Shown in pieces: positions 39,061 through 51,519 of a stretch of DNA of 64,000 bases (within the stretch, counting starts at the first letter, position 1; each line of letters starts with the position of its first letter). A model generated the notes under the pieces. The model was not told where the DNA came from. It saw only the letters and a list, made by a program, of their open reading frames with translations, and made no database searches. The stretch is from contig CM082594.2 of assembly GCA_040954595.2 (NCBI GenBank), forward strand, positions 11,920,985 through 11,984,984, in the 5' to 3' direction. This DNA comes from Balanoglossus misakiensis. Its lineage: Eukaryota > Animalia > Hemichordata. The position numbers were made by a program, and so were the translations under genes.

Positions 39061-40789
39061 GTTAGAATTCTTATCCATCTTTTTGCAATCCTTTTGAGTA
39101 GGGTTTTACGCATATGAATTCCATGACGTCATCGAAAATGCTATATGTTGTCATAGTGATGAGATGTAGTCCTAAATAGTCCTTGCAGATATAAGCTTTT
39201 CATTATGTTATATTCTGAATAAACAAAGTACTTCCAACCCTGTGTTGGATATATTCATCTACATCCACATCTAGCGTTACATATTTCATTTATTATCAAA
39301 TGTCACACAAAATTCTTAATCATGACTTTTGGTGATAAAACATGTTATTGTCAGCCATGTTTCGTCTAAAGAAATTCTACTACAAAGGTTTTGGATTTCA
39401 ACGAAATGCCAAATGCTCCCAATATCTTCGAACAGAGAGAAGGCTTTGCTTAAGTTGTTCTGGGGAAATTTCCAAAATGGATTTAATTGACCATTAGGCC
39501 CGGGGTTTGCAGCTTTTTGTCAACTGTCTCCGACAGCCACTGTGTAAAGGGTAGCTTTCGCTGCAAATCAATCGAAGAACAACTGCTTTTGTCTTCGTGG
39601 CATACTTTATCCATTTCCTATGTGATGTTTCATACATTTCTCTGAAACACGTTTGTCTCATCTTTCGATTTTAGATAACAAATCACACGGATTCTATCAA
39701 CATGCCCTTTTTTGCAATTAACGAAATGGGGCTGTTTGGTGGGGGTACAATTTAACTGTTACTATGGCAACGACAAGCACATGCCGCAAAGTACAAAGCA
39801 CACAAAGATCACATATTCTGTTAACCTTAGACTTTCAGTAAATTAAAACTGGGAGACATAACACCTGGAGTTATACGAAATGGCAACAGCAAATGTAGTG
39901 TGCTCACCTGTAATACCTACAGGAGGTGTCAGATCAAACAATTATCAAAAGTCAGTCGGCGATTTTTGCCTAGATAATTTATAAATGAAGCAATAATTGC
40001 ATCCTTTTTTAGGCAGATTGAAGTCGCTGTTGCTAATACTGTCCTAATATCACTCAAATCAAGTTGCTTGAAGTAAAAGAGATGGGCCAGTGAGTTCAGC
40101 ATTGGCGTTTTGATTTGATTTTGTAGGGACAGTGCTCTTTGTTAATCAAAATGTGGCAACTTCTGCTAATACCGCAGCTGAGCCTCTTTACTAAAAAATC
40201 GAATTTATTAATCGAGTATCCGAAACCTCTCTTTATACAATTCCTGACCAGATATAAATGTGACCCTCCCCGTAGAACAGGTTTGTAAAATATGCCCCCA
40301 CCATTCCTCCAGCCCACAACTGAAAGCTCTCTTGTTTTGTAACTAATTCAAAATTTCTAGTTTCATTTTCAGTCTGAATACACAGAAAAGGGTTTATACT
40401 TGGTAATTTGTAAATGAGTATAATATATGTATGTGGTCTGGGTTGCAGAGTAAATGAGTGCAAATACGTAAAGACATGTACTTGCGTGTAGTGTGCAGTA
40501 GTCCAAATATGAATATATTTCTGGTAATTAGAAACTGAATTCTCGACCGTCAATAGTCATTGGTCTGAGGATACTTTTTAGCATTAAGTTTATTCATCGT
40601 AGGGATGGTAGCTCATATGAAAAAGAAAAGAGACGGCGTGCTGCTAGTTTGTTGTAACATTCATTGCATGCTAACATCAATTTGGTCATTTTACTTCACA
40701 AGGGACATGTGACGATTTTTGTGTGAGGCGATGGCAAAGTTCAAGCTTGCGATGTACAAGGATAGTGATTAGATTTACATGTACGTTCG

Positions 40790-41030
40790 TTAAGACTGCT
40801 GAACCTAAAATTCAAAAGGCAATTGTTAATGTTATTAATTTCACGTGGCGTATTATCGGTTTCCCATGAGAACACCGTAAAACAAGGATTATATTTCCAC
40901 CGACTCATCATGTCACCAGGATTATCATTAAAGGCATCGCGAATCTGTCGAAGAGTAATGGCCAGAAAAAAAGATAGTAAACTCACCCCTAGGGTGCCTC
41001 GTAGCCTCCCCCGGGTGACTGAAACATATT
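40790..41030 (-). pseudogene. Possible decayed DEATH-domain-like segment
   Basis: RLRGTLGVS...TLRQIRDAFNDNPGDMMSRWK...TPREINNINNCL resembles DEATH (L...LG+S ... I..D.P.D+ ... T...L...L); weak. Confidence 0.25.
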
Positions 41031-41326
41031 ATACACGTAATAAACGAGAACAGGGGAAACAATCCATCCCATCAAGTATACAAGCATCCTTTCCTGCAAC
41101 TAACTCGGAGTGAGATTGTGTTTTTTGGATAAATACGTCATACTGGATAAAATATGTGACATTCACTACAATAATGACATGAAATTTAACAGATCATATA
41201 AGACCCATACTCAGTCTGATATCTATCGCAAAACTCACCAGCTGACTGTTGAAGAATAAAAGACACAAAGCGTACACATGCGCATATTGCAAAATCCGAG
41301 GCACCACATTATTCATATTTTAAAAT

Positions 41327-41368
41327 GGGGGGGGGGGGGGGGGGGGTAGGTGGGGGGATGGGGTGGGA
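41327..41368 (+). repeat. Poly-G (20 nt) plus adjacent G-tracts, G-quadruplex-capable
   Basis: G20-taggt-G6-at-G4-t-G3 directly visible. Confidence 0.9.
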
Positions 41369-44300
41369 GAGATGAACGATGATAATGGTAATGGGAATGT
41401 CCATAACCGAAACTTGATGTGAATTTGCATGAAGCTGTTCATCATTTTTCAGTTTTCCTTGCTATGCCTGACAGGCATCATTCAGCGAGGAGCAATTACC
41501 ATTGATGTGTTTGAGCATTCCTATTAAATTGCAACAGACTATGGAACAAGAAAAGTCTGACTTAAAAACAAGAATGAACTCAGTATCTTTTAAGATAAAT
41601 GTCTTGGCATTCTACTAGTTATTTCAGGCACTCCTAGAAAAAGAAAACAGTTTCATATATAGTTTTGTATTTGAGGTTTTTTTGCTGCTACAATTTTAAG
41701 TGATCATTCCTAGCTTGTCCATCACATCTTTCACGTGAACGACTAGAAATCAATCAAAAGATTTTTAGAAAGTCAATCAAACTGCAATGTGACAACAAGA
41801 GAAATTGACTGTGTTCTTCCAATTAATCACATCAATCCAAAAAATAGTCTTTCGGTCGATTTTCTTTTATTCAAAAAGTATAAACCACAAAACGTTAAAT
41901 TGCAGATGACGTCAATGCCTGGAAAATAAGCAAGATTGTCATTTTATCTAGAATTGATTTATTGGATGAAGCCCTAAGGTTCTGTCAAGTTGATTGGTCA
42001 CTGCGTGTTAGATCACAAATCCATGGCATAGCGACCAGTGTTGATTAATTCACTATCAAACCAGTTGCTTGCAGAAGTACTGTGTATTTCAGGATTGAGC
42101 CAAACTGAATGATCATTCGGATATCACCATCTCATGTTGTAATTTGTGTTTAAGAGGCACTGGCATGTCTAATAATCGTGATAAAGTCTCATGAAGGGAA
42201 AATTAGAAGCGCCAAATCGTCTGTTATTAATTTGTTGATTCATAAATCGACCCCTCTCGTATCTGATTAATCCTACTGTTGCCATCATTGGTTTAGGATT
42301 TTATACTCAGCAAACGCACTCAGATCTATCATAAGCGTTTACTACAACGCCCATGTAACTGAAATAAAATAAATTTGTTATTGGGCATGGGAGTTAATAA
42401 TTAAAAACATACTTTTTAGATTTGTAGTTGTTCAGAACAGAACCCGTTCCGTGACCAACCCTGCATTAAGCCTCAGAAGCTTTTAATTGACTTTGTATGA
42501 GCAGATTGACTGATTTACTGAGGCACGTCATTTCCGCGCAGTTGATCTCACATCAATAAAGGTTTCTTCCACCCAAATTTGTCAACTTCAATATGCTCAA
42601 TTTGCTGCAGGTCACATGAATACGGCGTAATGAAGCAAAATAAATGACCCCCAAATGGAGTCATCGCGTTCACATTTGCATTATCTCCCTGTGTTCATGT
42701 ACGGTTGCAGAAGGACAACGCTCAGTGAAAAATTTATGTTGATTGCAGTGTTCCGTCTGGCCAATAAAATGTACCTTGATTGGCTCATTGATTCAATTTG
42801 GGCAGAGTAAATCTATAGTGGCAGCAAGCAGTTCCAATAACTTGGCGGGAAATGTACAATAGGATTACACAATGCTTGAATGTCTAATTAGTCCCTCTCT
42901 CCATAGTAGCATTTCTTTGGTAAAAAACGGCTACTGTAGGCTCACCTTTGGTTGCTAGGATGTAGTTTGTAAGCTTACCAGCCGGGAGGTTATATCGTTT
43001 TCACAGAAAAAAATATTTGAAATCACAATCAGATTTGTGCTTTAATTTGTTTTTGATATGTATATTTCCAAACTAGAGAGGTATAATGTTGCAGTGGTAA
43101 GACAGTACCATTAAACATATCATGATTGCATTATTTCAAAAGTACCACATCACACATCAACACCTTACAATTGCATTCCAATACTCCAATTCACCCATGT
43201 CATGTCAATATCACACTGTGTGCAAGTAAGTTTACAAAATCTCATCACCCTGGCCCACACAGCACAACACATCAGAGTATGTTGTTTCCCCATCACCCTT
43301 ACTAGACTTTGATGATAACATGGAATCACAAACATGATGGCATATCACATAGTGTTTGACATTCAAGGTGATGTGGCTGTCAGATCACTTGACTTGATCA
43401 AGAGCACTAACATGGAAGTGAAAAAATTAATGGCACCACGTGGCGTATATTCGTACTTTCGTCCTAAGGCGAGCCGGTCCGACACATTCAATTTCATACG
43501 ATCTCTGGTGGAGCTAACCTAATGTAAACTCGTCATTCATGGCAGCTACCCATGCTATAATACAACAATTTTGTGACAAAAACTTGAGGCGACAGACATG
43601 CTGTTGTGATATTCATTCACTCTCTAGGGGAATTATGAAATGTCCTTTTGCTTCAAATTTGAGATCTAACCTAATAAAGTGTGGCGCCCCCACGTACATG
43701 TAGCAGCTTCGATTTATGATAGCCATATGCTCCGATAAATATCGTTGTACCGCTGTGTTTTTTTCTGCATCCTCTTATGTCAAGCCTTGTTTCATCCGCA
43801 CAATTGTGCAGATACTTGGAGATCTGTCCTGTGGAGATTAGCAAGTAGGCATCAGGATGGATGATTTTAAATCACCTTCTGATAGCCATATTTAACATTG
43901 AGACAACGTCGCTGCACGATTACATCGCTCCTTTTTAGTTTTACTGGGGAGAAACTGTCGCATTCGTTTCCATGGTAACCGGTCGGCTCTGTCACTTAGA
44001 GGTTGCGGACATACTTTTATATGCAAAAAGGCAACCACATTTATTAAAAGATTAGCTGTGGGTGATGTGCAGGAGTCCTCCAGAATCAGAGATTTCTGAC
44101 TCTGATGCTGAAATATTAATTCGCAGAAGAAACTGTTGTGTTGCACAGTCCTATCTAAACTGTATCCGGTCAGTGTACCTCTATAGAGACAAAGGAGAGA
44201 AATGATTGGATGCTTCAGGCACGACGTAATACCATATATTGTAAGCGCATAGCTAGTCGTCTTTGGCATGCAGTGTGTCGGCAATAAATTACACGACGGA

Positions 44301-44770
44301 GGGAGTGTACCGATGTGTATATATGAACACAAAGGCAGATAGTTTTACGAGTAGAATCGGAGCCTGCAATGTGTGTACATGATCACTGTGTCTTCACGCC
44401 TGAGAGTGGGAACTCTGACCTAATTCAACTTGCTGAGCGTTGTGAAGCCTTGAGAAGTACCCAGCATCCGGCAGACGGACTCGCATAATTTCTTTAGCTG
44501 AATGACGGAATCAATGCGAAGTGTTTAAAGGTGTCTCTCATTTAAGATGGTGACCTTGTTTATCATGACCAGACGTGTCCTTTAAAAGAGATCGGCGTTG
44601 TTGTCGCATCAGAATCTCTCCTCTCCATAAGCGTTCAGTCTTCAGTGCATTTGTGCTGACACGCCTTCACTACAGAACAGCGTAGCTCGGAGCAACAAGA
44701 AGGTTTTTTTCAGGTTCTGCTTATTCTCTTGTGCATGAAGCAAACTCTTGGCGTACCAAAAGTTGTTGAA

Positions 44771-45464
44771 ATGGCATCGTATCTTGGTAGGCCGTCGTCT
44801 AACTTGACCACTTTAGTCATTTGTGTGCTTCTGTGCTGTTGTGTTGACTTGGCATCCCAGGCGCAATTTCGCGTCCTCCTCACAATGACAGGGCTGTTGA
44901 ACCGTCCCTATCACAATGGTAAAACTGGAGCAGCTTTCGACATTGCGCTGGAAAAAGTGAATTCGGATCCGAATCTTCTTGTGGGGCACACACTGGTGTT
45001 TGAAAAGTTGCTCACCTGGTGCTGGGGTTCCAAAACGGCCGGTCAGATCGTAGATAAACGTAGCTCCAACCTCTACAGTGCTTTCATTGGGCCCGGGTGT
45101 TCTGAAGATGCCACACCGGTGGGAAAATTGGCTTCTTATTGGAACATATCTTACATCTGTGACATTTGTGCAGAAACGCATTTTCTAGACAAGAAGTGGG
45201 ACTACACGACAATGGTCAGGCTTTTTGGACCTTTTGTGAAGCTCGGTGGCTTTGGGCTGGCTATTACTAAGAATTTTGACTGGAAACGTATTGGCATGAT
45301 AGTGGATATGTATGGATTGTTGAGACAGCCGGCCGAAGGACTAGAGCACGAATTTAGCAAACATAATGTGACTTTATTTTTGAGGGATTATAACTCAAAA
45401 CATGACCCTTTGATTGAGGAGAAATTCTTGGAAATTCTTCAAAAGTTGGCATTGGTCACTCGCA
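44771..45464 (+). CDS. First coding exon (paralog B) of a natriuretic-peptide-receptor-type membrane guanylyl cyclase: signal peptide + N-terminal ANF_receptor domain
   Basis: ATG in good context (gaaATGG) and signal peptide LVICVLLCCCVDLASQA|QF. Motifs GAAFDIA..VNSDPNLLVG, FIGPGCS, LASYWN, YTTMVRLFGPF, KNFDWKRIG. Open for 231 codons and ends at VTR CGC A|GTAAGT (phase 1), the same position as paralog A. An upstream in-frame ATG at 44735 is an alternative start. Confidence 0.9.
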
Positions 45465-48400
45465 GTAAGTACGATTTCAGTTGTTTTTAACTCAGTTGTT
45501 GTACTTGTTAAGTTGAAATCTGCCAATAGTTTAAATAGGGCTGTGTATAGGCATTTTTAAATTTGTGAACATTATATCTTCATGGTAAATAGGCTCTCAA
45601 TAAGAATGTGCACCACATTTATGAACACCGATTCGGACACTATCACATTTTCTACATGTATTAGTGTATTGTCGCCGTAATTGTTATTTCAGTTTTAACA
45701 ACAGGTTCCTTCATTGCACGCCAAGCTTGCATATTCCAAAGCTTACATACACTCTCTGGGGTTCGACGTCTGCAGTATGCAGGTTTCTGGTTTCTTGTTA
45801 AGTATATAAGGGTGACATATTAGTTTTTTTAACAAAATCTCCCTTAAGTCTCCTCAAAGCGGAAGGGATCATTGTCCCCAGGAATCCCAAAGGAACCATC
45901 ATAATCCATTTTACTGTGGATACATATTCTCAGTAACTGCTTAAAGAGCCACACTGTGGACACACCATAGTTTATTGAACTACAAATGACTCCAGTTTAA
46001 AAGATACCTCAGTAGTTGTGTGAAATGGTGTTGGTAGCAAGACTTCACTCTTGTAGGATAGTGTTAATGTTGTTGTTTTCTCCAAACACAGTGATCATTA
46101 TTATTGTAAACAGTGATATCGCTGGCTTGTTATCTTTTGAAAACTGAGGATATGTCCTTATCTCCTTTATGAAAGGGAAATGCTGTCGGAAAAGTGTTCA
46201 ACCGGTTGATACAGTTTTTGCAATACAATCAGTCTTGCCCTGGCTTATTCTCATTGTTAAATATACTGAAATTACATGTTATGTAGTATTAGTGAATACT
46301 GATAAAACTGACATTTAAAAACATTATGCTTTTGTGGTCCATCCTTTGGCAGAAAATACTCGCCACAACCGGGAATAACACGCAATTTTAAGAGTTATTT
46401 TCCGATTGCTATAAAACAATTCCATTCTAAACTTTATGTACGTGTGCGTTAATCCTAGTTGAGAAGATGTTTTGTTAGCATTCGCTGAAGATTAAAGGAA
46501 ACTTTGCCGACGTCACCCAGAACTCTTGTCCAAAGGAAGCGCCATCATGTCTTGTTCACTTCAAACATGTCTACTGTAATTGCTACCCTCTATTTTGTAA
46601 CATTTCCCCCACGATGTACCATATCGACGAACAAAATCAGCCATTTGGTGCTTAATACACTTTCAGGCACATCTTGGCTAACAGGTTGTCATTTAACGAA
46701 CTACAATTTGGTACATGTGTCTTTTTACAGAGGATATATGTGTCTATGATGACATTTAACCTGAAAACTTTAAGAAAACAGTCACGTGATTTTAATTCTG
46801 TTCTACACGAAGAAGAAATCCCTCCATCAAATTCATTCGACTACTTTAATATGCTTTTATATTTCCAGCTATGGAAACATTACCATTTGAGTCAGGGTTG
46901 CATTTGTCTTTATGAATCACATTTCCTATTTACACACTGAGAACATTTGTTGAGTAGCAGGCTGTTTAACTGATGCCGACAAAGGGCTACATGTATATTC
47001 AGATGTACTTCAAACTAATCCTCCAATTCCTTGTCGTTCTTTAATCGCTGTGAATTACGAGCATTCACACTGTAAGGTCACGGCATCGCGTGTCGTCACC
47101 ACAGCGGGTTTGATAGAAATACGCCCTTTGAAAACAAAGTTTGATTTAGAACTCTCAATAGTATCATTCTAATAGTCTCTATCGGCTTAATTGGTTTGAG
47201 AGGGTTTTCAGTGGTGGATGCATGCAAAAGATCGCTGCTTCATGTCTCCCCTCATTAAACACCTAGATCTCTTACAAATCCCCTCTGTCTGTGGCCGTAC
47301 TCTCTGTGGGTCAGTAGTCTTCTTGTTTTGACCAAGCTTCACACTCATACGACTTAGTTCCGACATGAAAGCACCGCAAAAAGTGTATAGCTTCTTTTAT
47401 CGTCAACAATTCCATTTCCGGAAAGGAATACATAAAGAAAAACTACAGTCTGATATGCTTTAAATCACCTCGCGGGGGATATCGTATTCATGAGTTTTTC
47501 AGGACCTATCCGCTGACATTTAAACTTTCTATTCTTAGTACTGGATGTACTGTATTTGTTGGACATTAGCTCGTGAATAGCAGCATAGAGATCAAAATCA
47601 AGATCAGGAACTTGTATTTAGGACAGAAACATTTCTTTCTGTCATTACATCCCAAAGTCAGTCGTGCGTAATGTGTTTTAAGTTCAGTAGAATGACCATG
47701 GCTCAATTGCAGTTTTATTCCCCTTGAATGTTAACAGTCTTTCTTGTATATCAGTCACTGTGTTATCTGAATGCAGTATGGACTTACTATATCACTCACA
47801 CTTCATCACATAAATACAACATTTGATATGTGCATTGTTCACTTGTCAATATTTAATTAATACATACCGGTACACACACACACACACACTATGGACAGAT
47901 GGACAGACAGACAGAGAAACAGAAAATCACTAAAAAGATTTGCCTCCTGTTACGATCAAGGTGCACTTTTGACTTACTTGAACGGACAAAGGGTAAATGT
48001 GTGCAAAATGCATTTCATACCATCATAAAAAGCATTGTCGAGATATCACCTCTTTCTTATTGAAGGGACATTTATAGTACCCGTGCAGCAAGCAGACTAA
48101 TTTTTGTCTGTCGTTTTGCACATAATGAGGCGATTTAACAGGCGATTTAGTACATACAGGACCATAAAAGTGGAATATGGTTGAAATTATTCGAATGATG
48201 TATGTGGTACTGCAGTCGTCTATTTCAGACGAGATTTATCTGCACGAATATACTGGCATTTTTAAAGTTGTTTCCAGTTTACAAAATAACAACTCTGAAA
48301 CCCTTTGCATGTGGCATGTTGATTGTGGAAAAATAGTTTTGTTAATATTACTTTTATTAGTATTTTTACTGCTGTTGCTCGACTCGTATTGTCTGACAGA

Positions 48401-49148
48401 TTCTGGAGAATATAGAGTGTGCCCATAATTATACACACATGTACGCACAAAATAGCTTGTTTCATAGTTATATTTTGGTGGATGGATTATATTTTGCATT
48501 AAAATTTTAATAGAATTCACAAATCCCCCTAAATTATTTCTATTCGCCTTTTCTTATACAAAATCGGCTAAATCCGCCAGGGTTCATCGAAAAATCCAAA
48601 TAAACGCCAATCAGACAGCTGCTAATAATAATATGTTTCTGTTCAAATATTCGGAGAAAGACATGAGTACTTTTTTCTGATGACATTACAAAAGCCATAA
48701 ACCATGCACCAGTTGCCGATTTAAGATTTCTAAAATAGTAGTGAAAAGGTGCTTAAAGATAAATACAGTGCAGCTATTGTTTTTAGATTGGTCTGATATG
48801 ATTGCGGTAAAAATTACAATGCCCTCTGTAACATTCACGGGCCATTTGCTGGAAAATTGATGGCGAACGGATGTCTTGTACTAGGTTCATTCTGTCGTTA
48901 TTGATGCCGTACTTAACCCAAACGTACACCGGAGATTCAACACCTGATGCATTGTTGAACACTTGACAAGTGTTTTGTTTTCCTTTTTACTTAACATGTG
49001 GAGTTCAACTGTTCGAGTTACATTTAATTTAACACTCAGTGTCATAATTGTACATCCTTTCAGATTGATACTTGTTCTCTAATGTTCTATGTTGCTACAG
49101 GCACTCTATTGAAATTAGTTTGAGTTGGAAATTGATAAGAAATGTTAA

Positions 49149-49438
49149 AGCGGGTAGCTCGTCTCACGCGCATGCGCGTAACTTCCCAGCAAATTTTCCG
49201 TTCGATGCATTCAAATAGTTGACTGCGTTCGCTTCCTTCCATATTTCATGCGCACCGTATAAGTAGATTCTGGTTTTGTCCCTCCTTTTCACCCAAGCTA
49301 GTGTCTTTTCCCGATCTTCGACACAGATTATGGTTGCCGCCATCTTGTGTGAGCACTGCCTTATGGGATTGACTGTTCACTAAACGTCTGTAACCAGCGG
49401 CTACAGTTGGAGCATGCGTGTGAGATGAGCTACGCGCT
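49149..49438. mobile_element. 290-bp TTAA-flanked MITE (Kolobok-type)
   Basis: TTAA at 49145-49148 and 49439-49442. 27-bp TIRs agcgggtagctcgtctcacgcgcatgc / gcatgcgtgtgagatgagctacgcgct (3 mismatches). Confidence 0.85.
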
Positions 49439-50609
49439 TTAAATAAGCACGATGACCATTGAATGAACCAATTCTGATTCAATAGGTGCACAGTGCCATT
49501 GGCACTATTCCTTTAGTTTTAACAAGACCATTGTTTTGGTTCGAAGCCCCAGACAAATTTAAAAAGTTGATTTATTGACATGTCACTCAAGTGAAGTGGT
49601 CAATTTCTCTGAACTCATGGTGTATTTAATGGAGTAGAACATGCATAATAAACTGAATGAACCATCGATTCTTACAGTGCTATAAAGATACGCAAGCACT
49701 GGTGTCCCATGAACCGAGACATAACTATGGACCGATGATTTTTGCTTAAAGCGGAGACAACTCCTGACCACACCTCAATGATGATGATAAGTGGTTTGCT
49801 GACGTAAGCATTATCACCAACGTTACCCATATCCAATTTACATAAACTCAAAAAGCTTTCCTGCGAAGTGCAAATGACGATGGAAAGTTCATAGTGAACG
49901 TTGATTGCTAAGATAGTCAGTTTTAAGTAGTAAGTATTAACGTTAGCTATAAAGTCGAACAAGAACTTTACCAGACAAAATTTACTACTATTGAGATTAC
50001 GTTAGAGTCGGAATTAATAATAATAATATCAGGATCCCCAGCATTTGTACCAATTTCTAGAACGAACTAACCTATGTAATCAATAGACATGGACCATTTT
50101 CTTTGGATACAAAATATTGAAGTTGGGTGAAATAAAAAGAAAGTAAAGTGGCCATAAAGAAATACATGACTATGTGTTATTTGTGGCAGGAATTGTAATG
50201 AAGTGAAAAAAAGTCTAACAGTAGTCATTCAGGCATGCAGCACATACATTATTCTTATGGTTAAAGCTAATGTTTCTCGTGCAGTTATATTTATTGCATC
50301 GAGCTCAATAAACTTTCATTAAACGTTTTATGTGCCTTCCATTGATCTGTTTTTCAGAAGATTGTGGCACTTTTTCTTAATTTACTGACGATAACGTCGA
50401 ACCATGCGACTTGGTTATCTCTGGCAGTCTGCTGGAACAATCATAGGTGGAATGTTGATAAATTGCAGCAGGTGCCAGCATATGAAGTGCGAAAAGAGTA
50501 ATTTCCAGCAAATCCGTCTTTGATTGATGTCATTTTCTCTGGCACCTTTAGACCGGATATGAAATAGTTAAAAACAAAACATTCAATATGCAGAATACAT
50601 TAAATTTAA

Positions 50610-50753
50610 AGGTATACAGTTACCTCTAATTTGCACATAACTGTATATGGAATGTCTGGACGTCCTAAAGAATATATGCTCTTGTTCTGTCATTGGCGAG
50701 ATCTAAACTTGCCATGGTAACTGTGGCTAATTTGAATAGGTGACCGTATACCT
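50610..50753. mobile_element. 144-bp TTAA-flanked MITE (Kolobok-type)
   Basis: TTAA at 50606-50609 and 50754-50757. TIRs aggtatacagttacct / aggtgaccgtatacct (2 mismatches). Confidence 0.8.
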
Positions 50754-51455
50754 TTAAATTATTAATGTCTCACTGTTGTGACAGTCATACTCCTACTAGT
50801 CCTAGTGAAAGCAAGGTTCTGGATACTTCTAATGTGGTCAAACAAAAGTAACGTGGTAGTACCCCGTGGTTTATATGTTCATGGGAGATCCGTTCATGAC
50901 ATTTTCAAACAAAGCACGTACTGTATGTTGAACTAGTAAAATTGAACACACAACCTCGCTTGATACAGCTAATTCAAGCACATACTGGGCAGAAACGTTT
51001 CTGTGGATTATCTAACTATATGCATGTAGTTATTTATCGGTGACAGTACACCGATTTTGCCTGAAGGCATTGAGATAACCTTCGGTGAACACATTTTAAA
51101 GTATATGCTGATAAAATGATATCCCATAGGATTTTACACCCGCAGGAAACCAATATGCCTTAAAATAATCAAAGTGGGCCGTCTGTTCGAAATTAGAGAG
51201 CACTATTGAACCGTGACAACAGCATAGAGTATTACCAGATGTACGATTCAGAACGCCAAGTGTTACCATCAATCACATTATAATGGGAAAACAACCTGTC
51301 GCATACGTAAATATTTAGACATTGATGGAAAAGATGATTTACACTTGAATACGCCTGCAGTAGGAAATTTTAATCAGCAAGCTTAACTTGGCCACACTAT
51401 AACATGTTTAAATTGATTTCATAATTCAACCAACCTTGTTGTGTTCAAGAGCAGA

Positions 51456-51456
<1 letters not shown>

Positions 51457-51519
<63 letters not shown>
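51457..51519. repeat. (TCA)21 microsatellite
   Basis: Directly visible. Confidence 0.97.
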
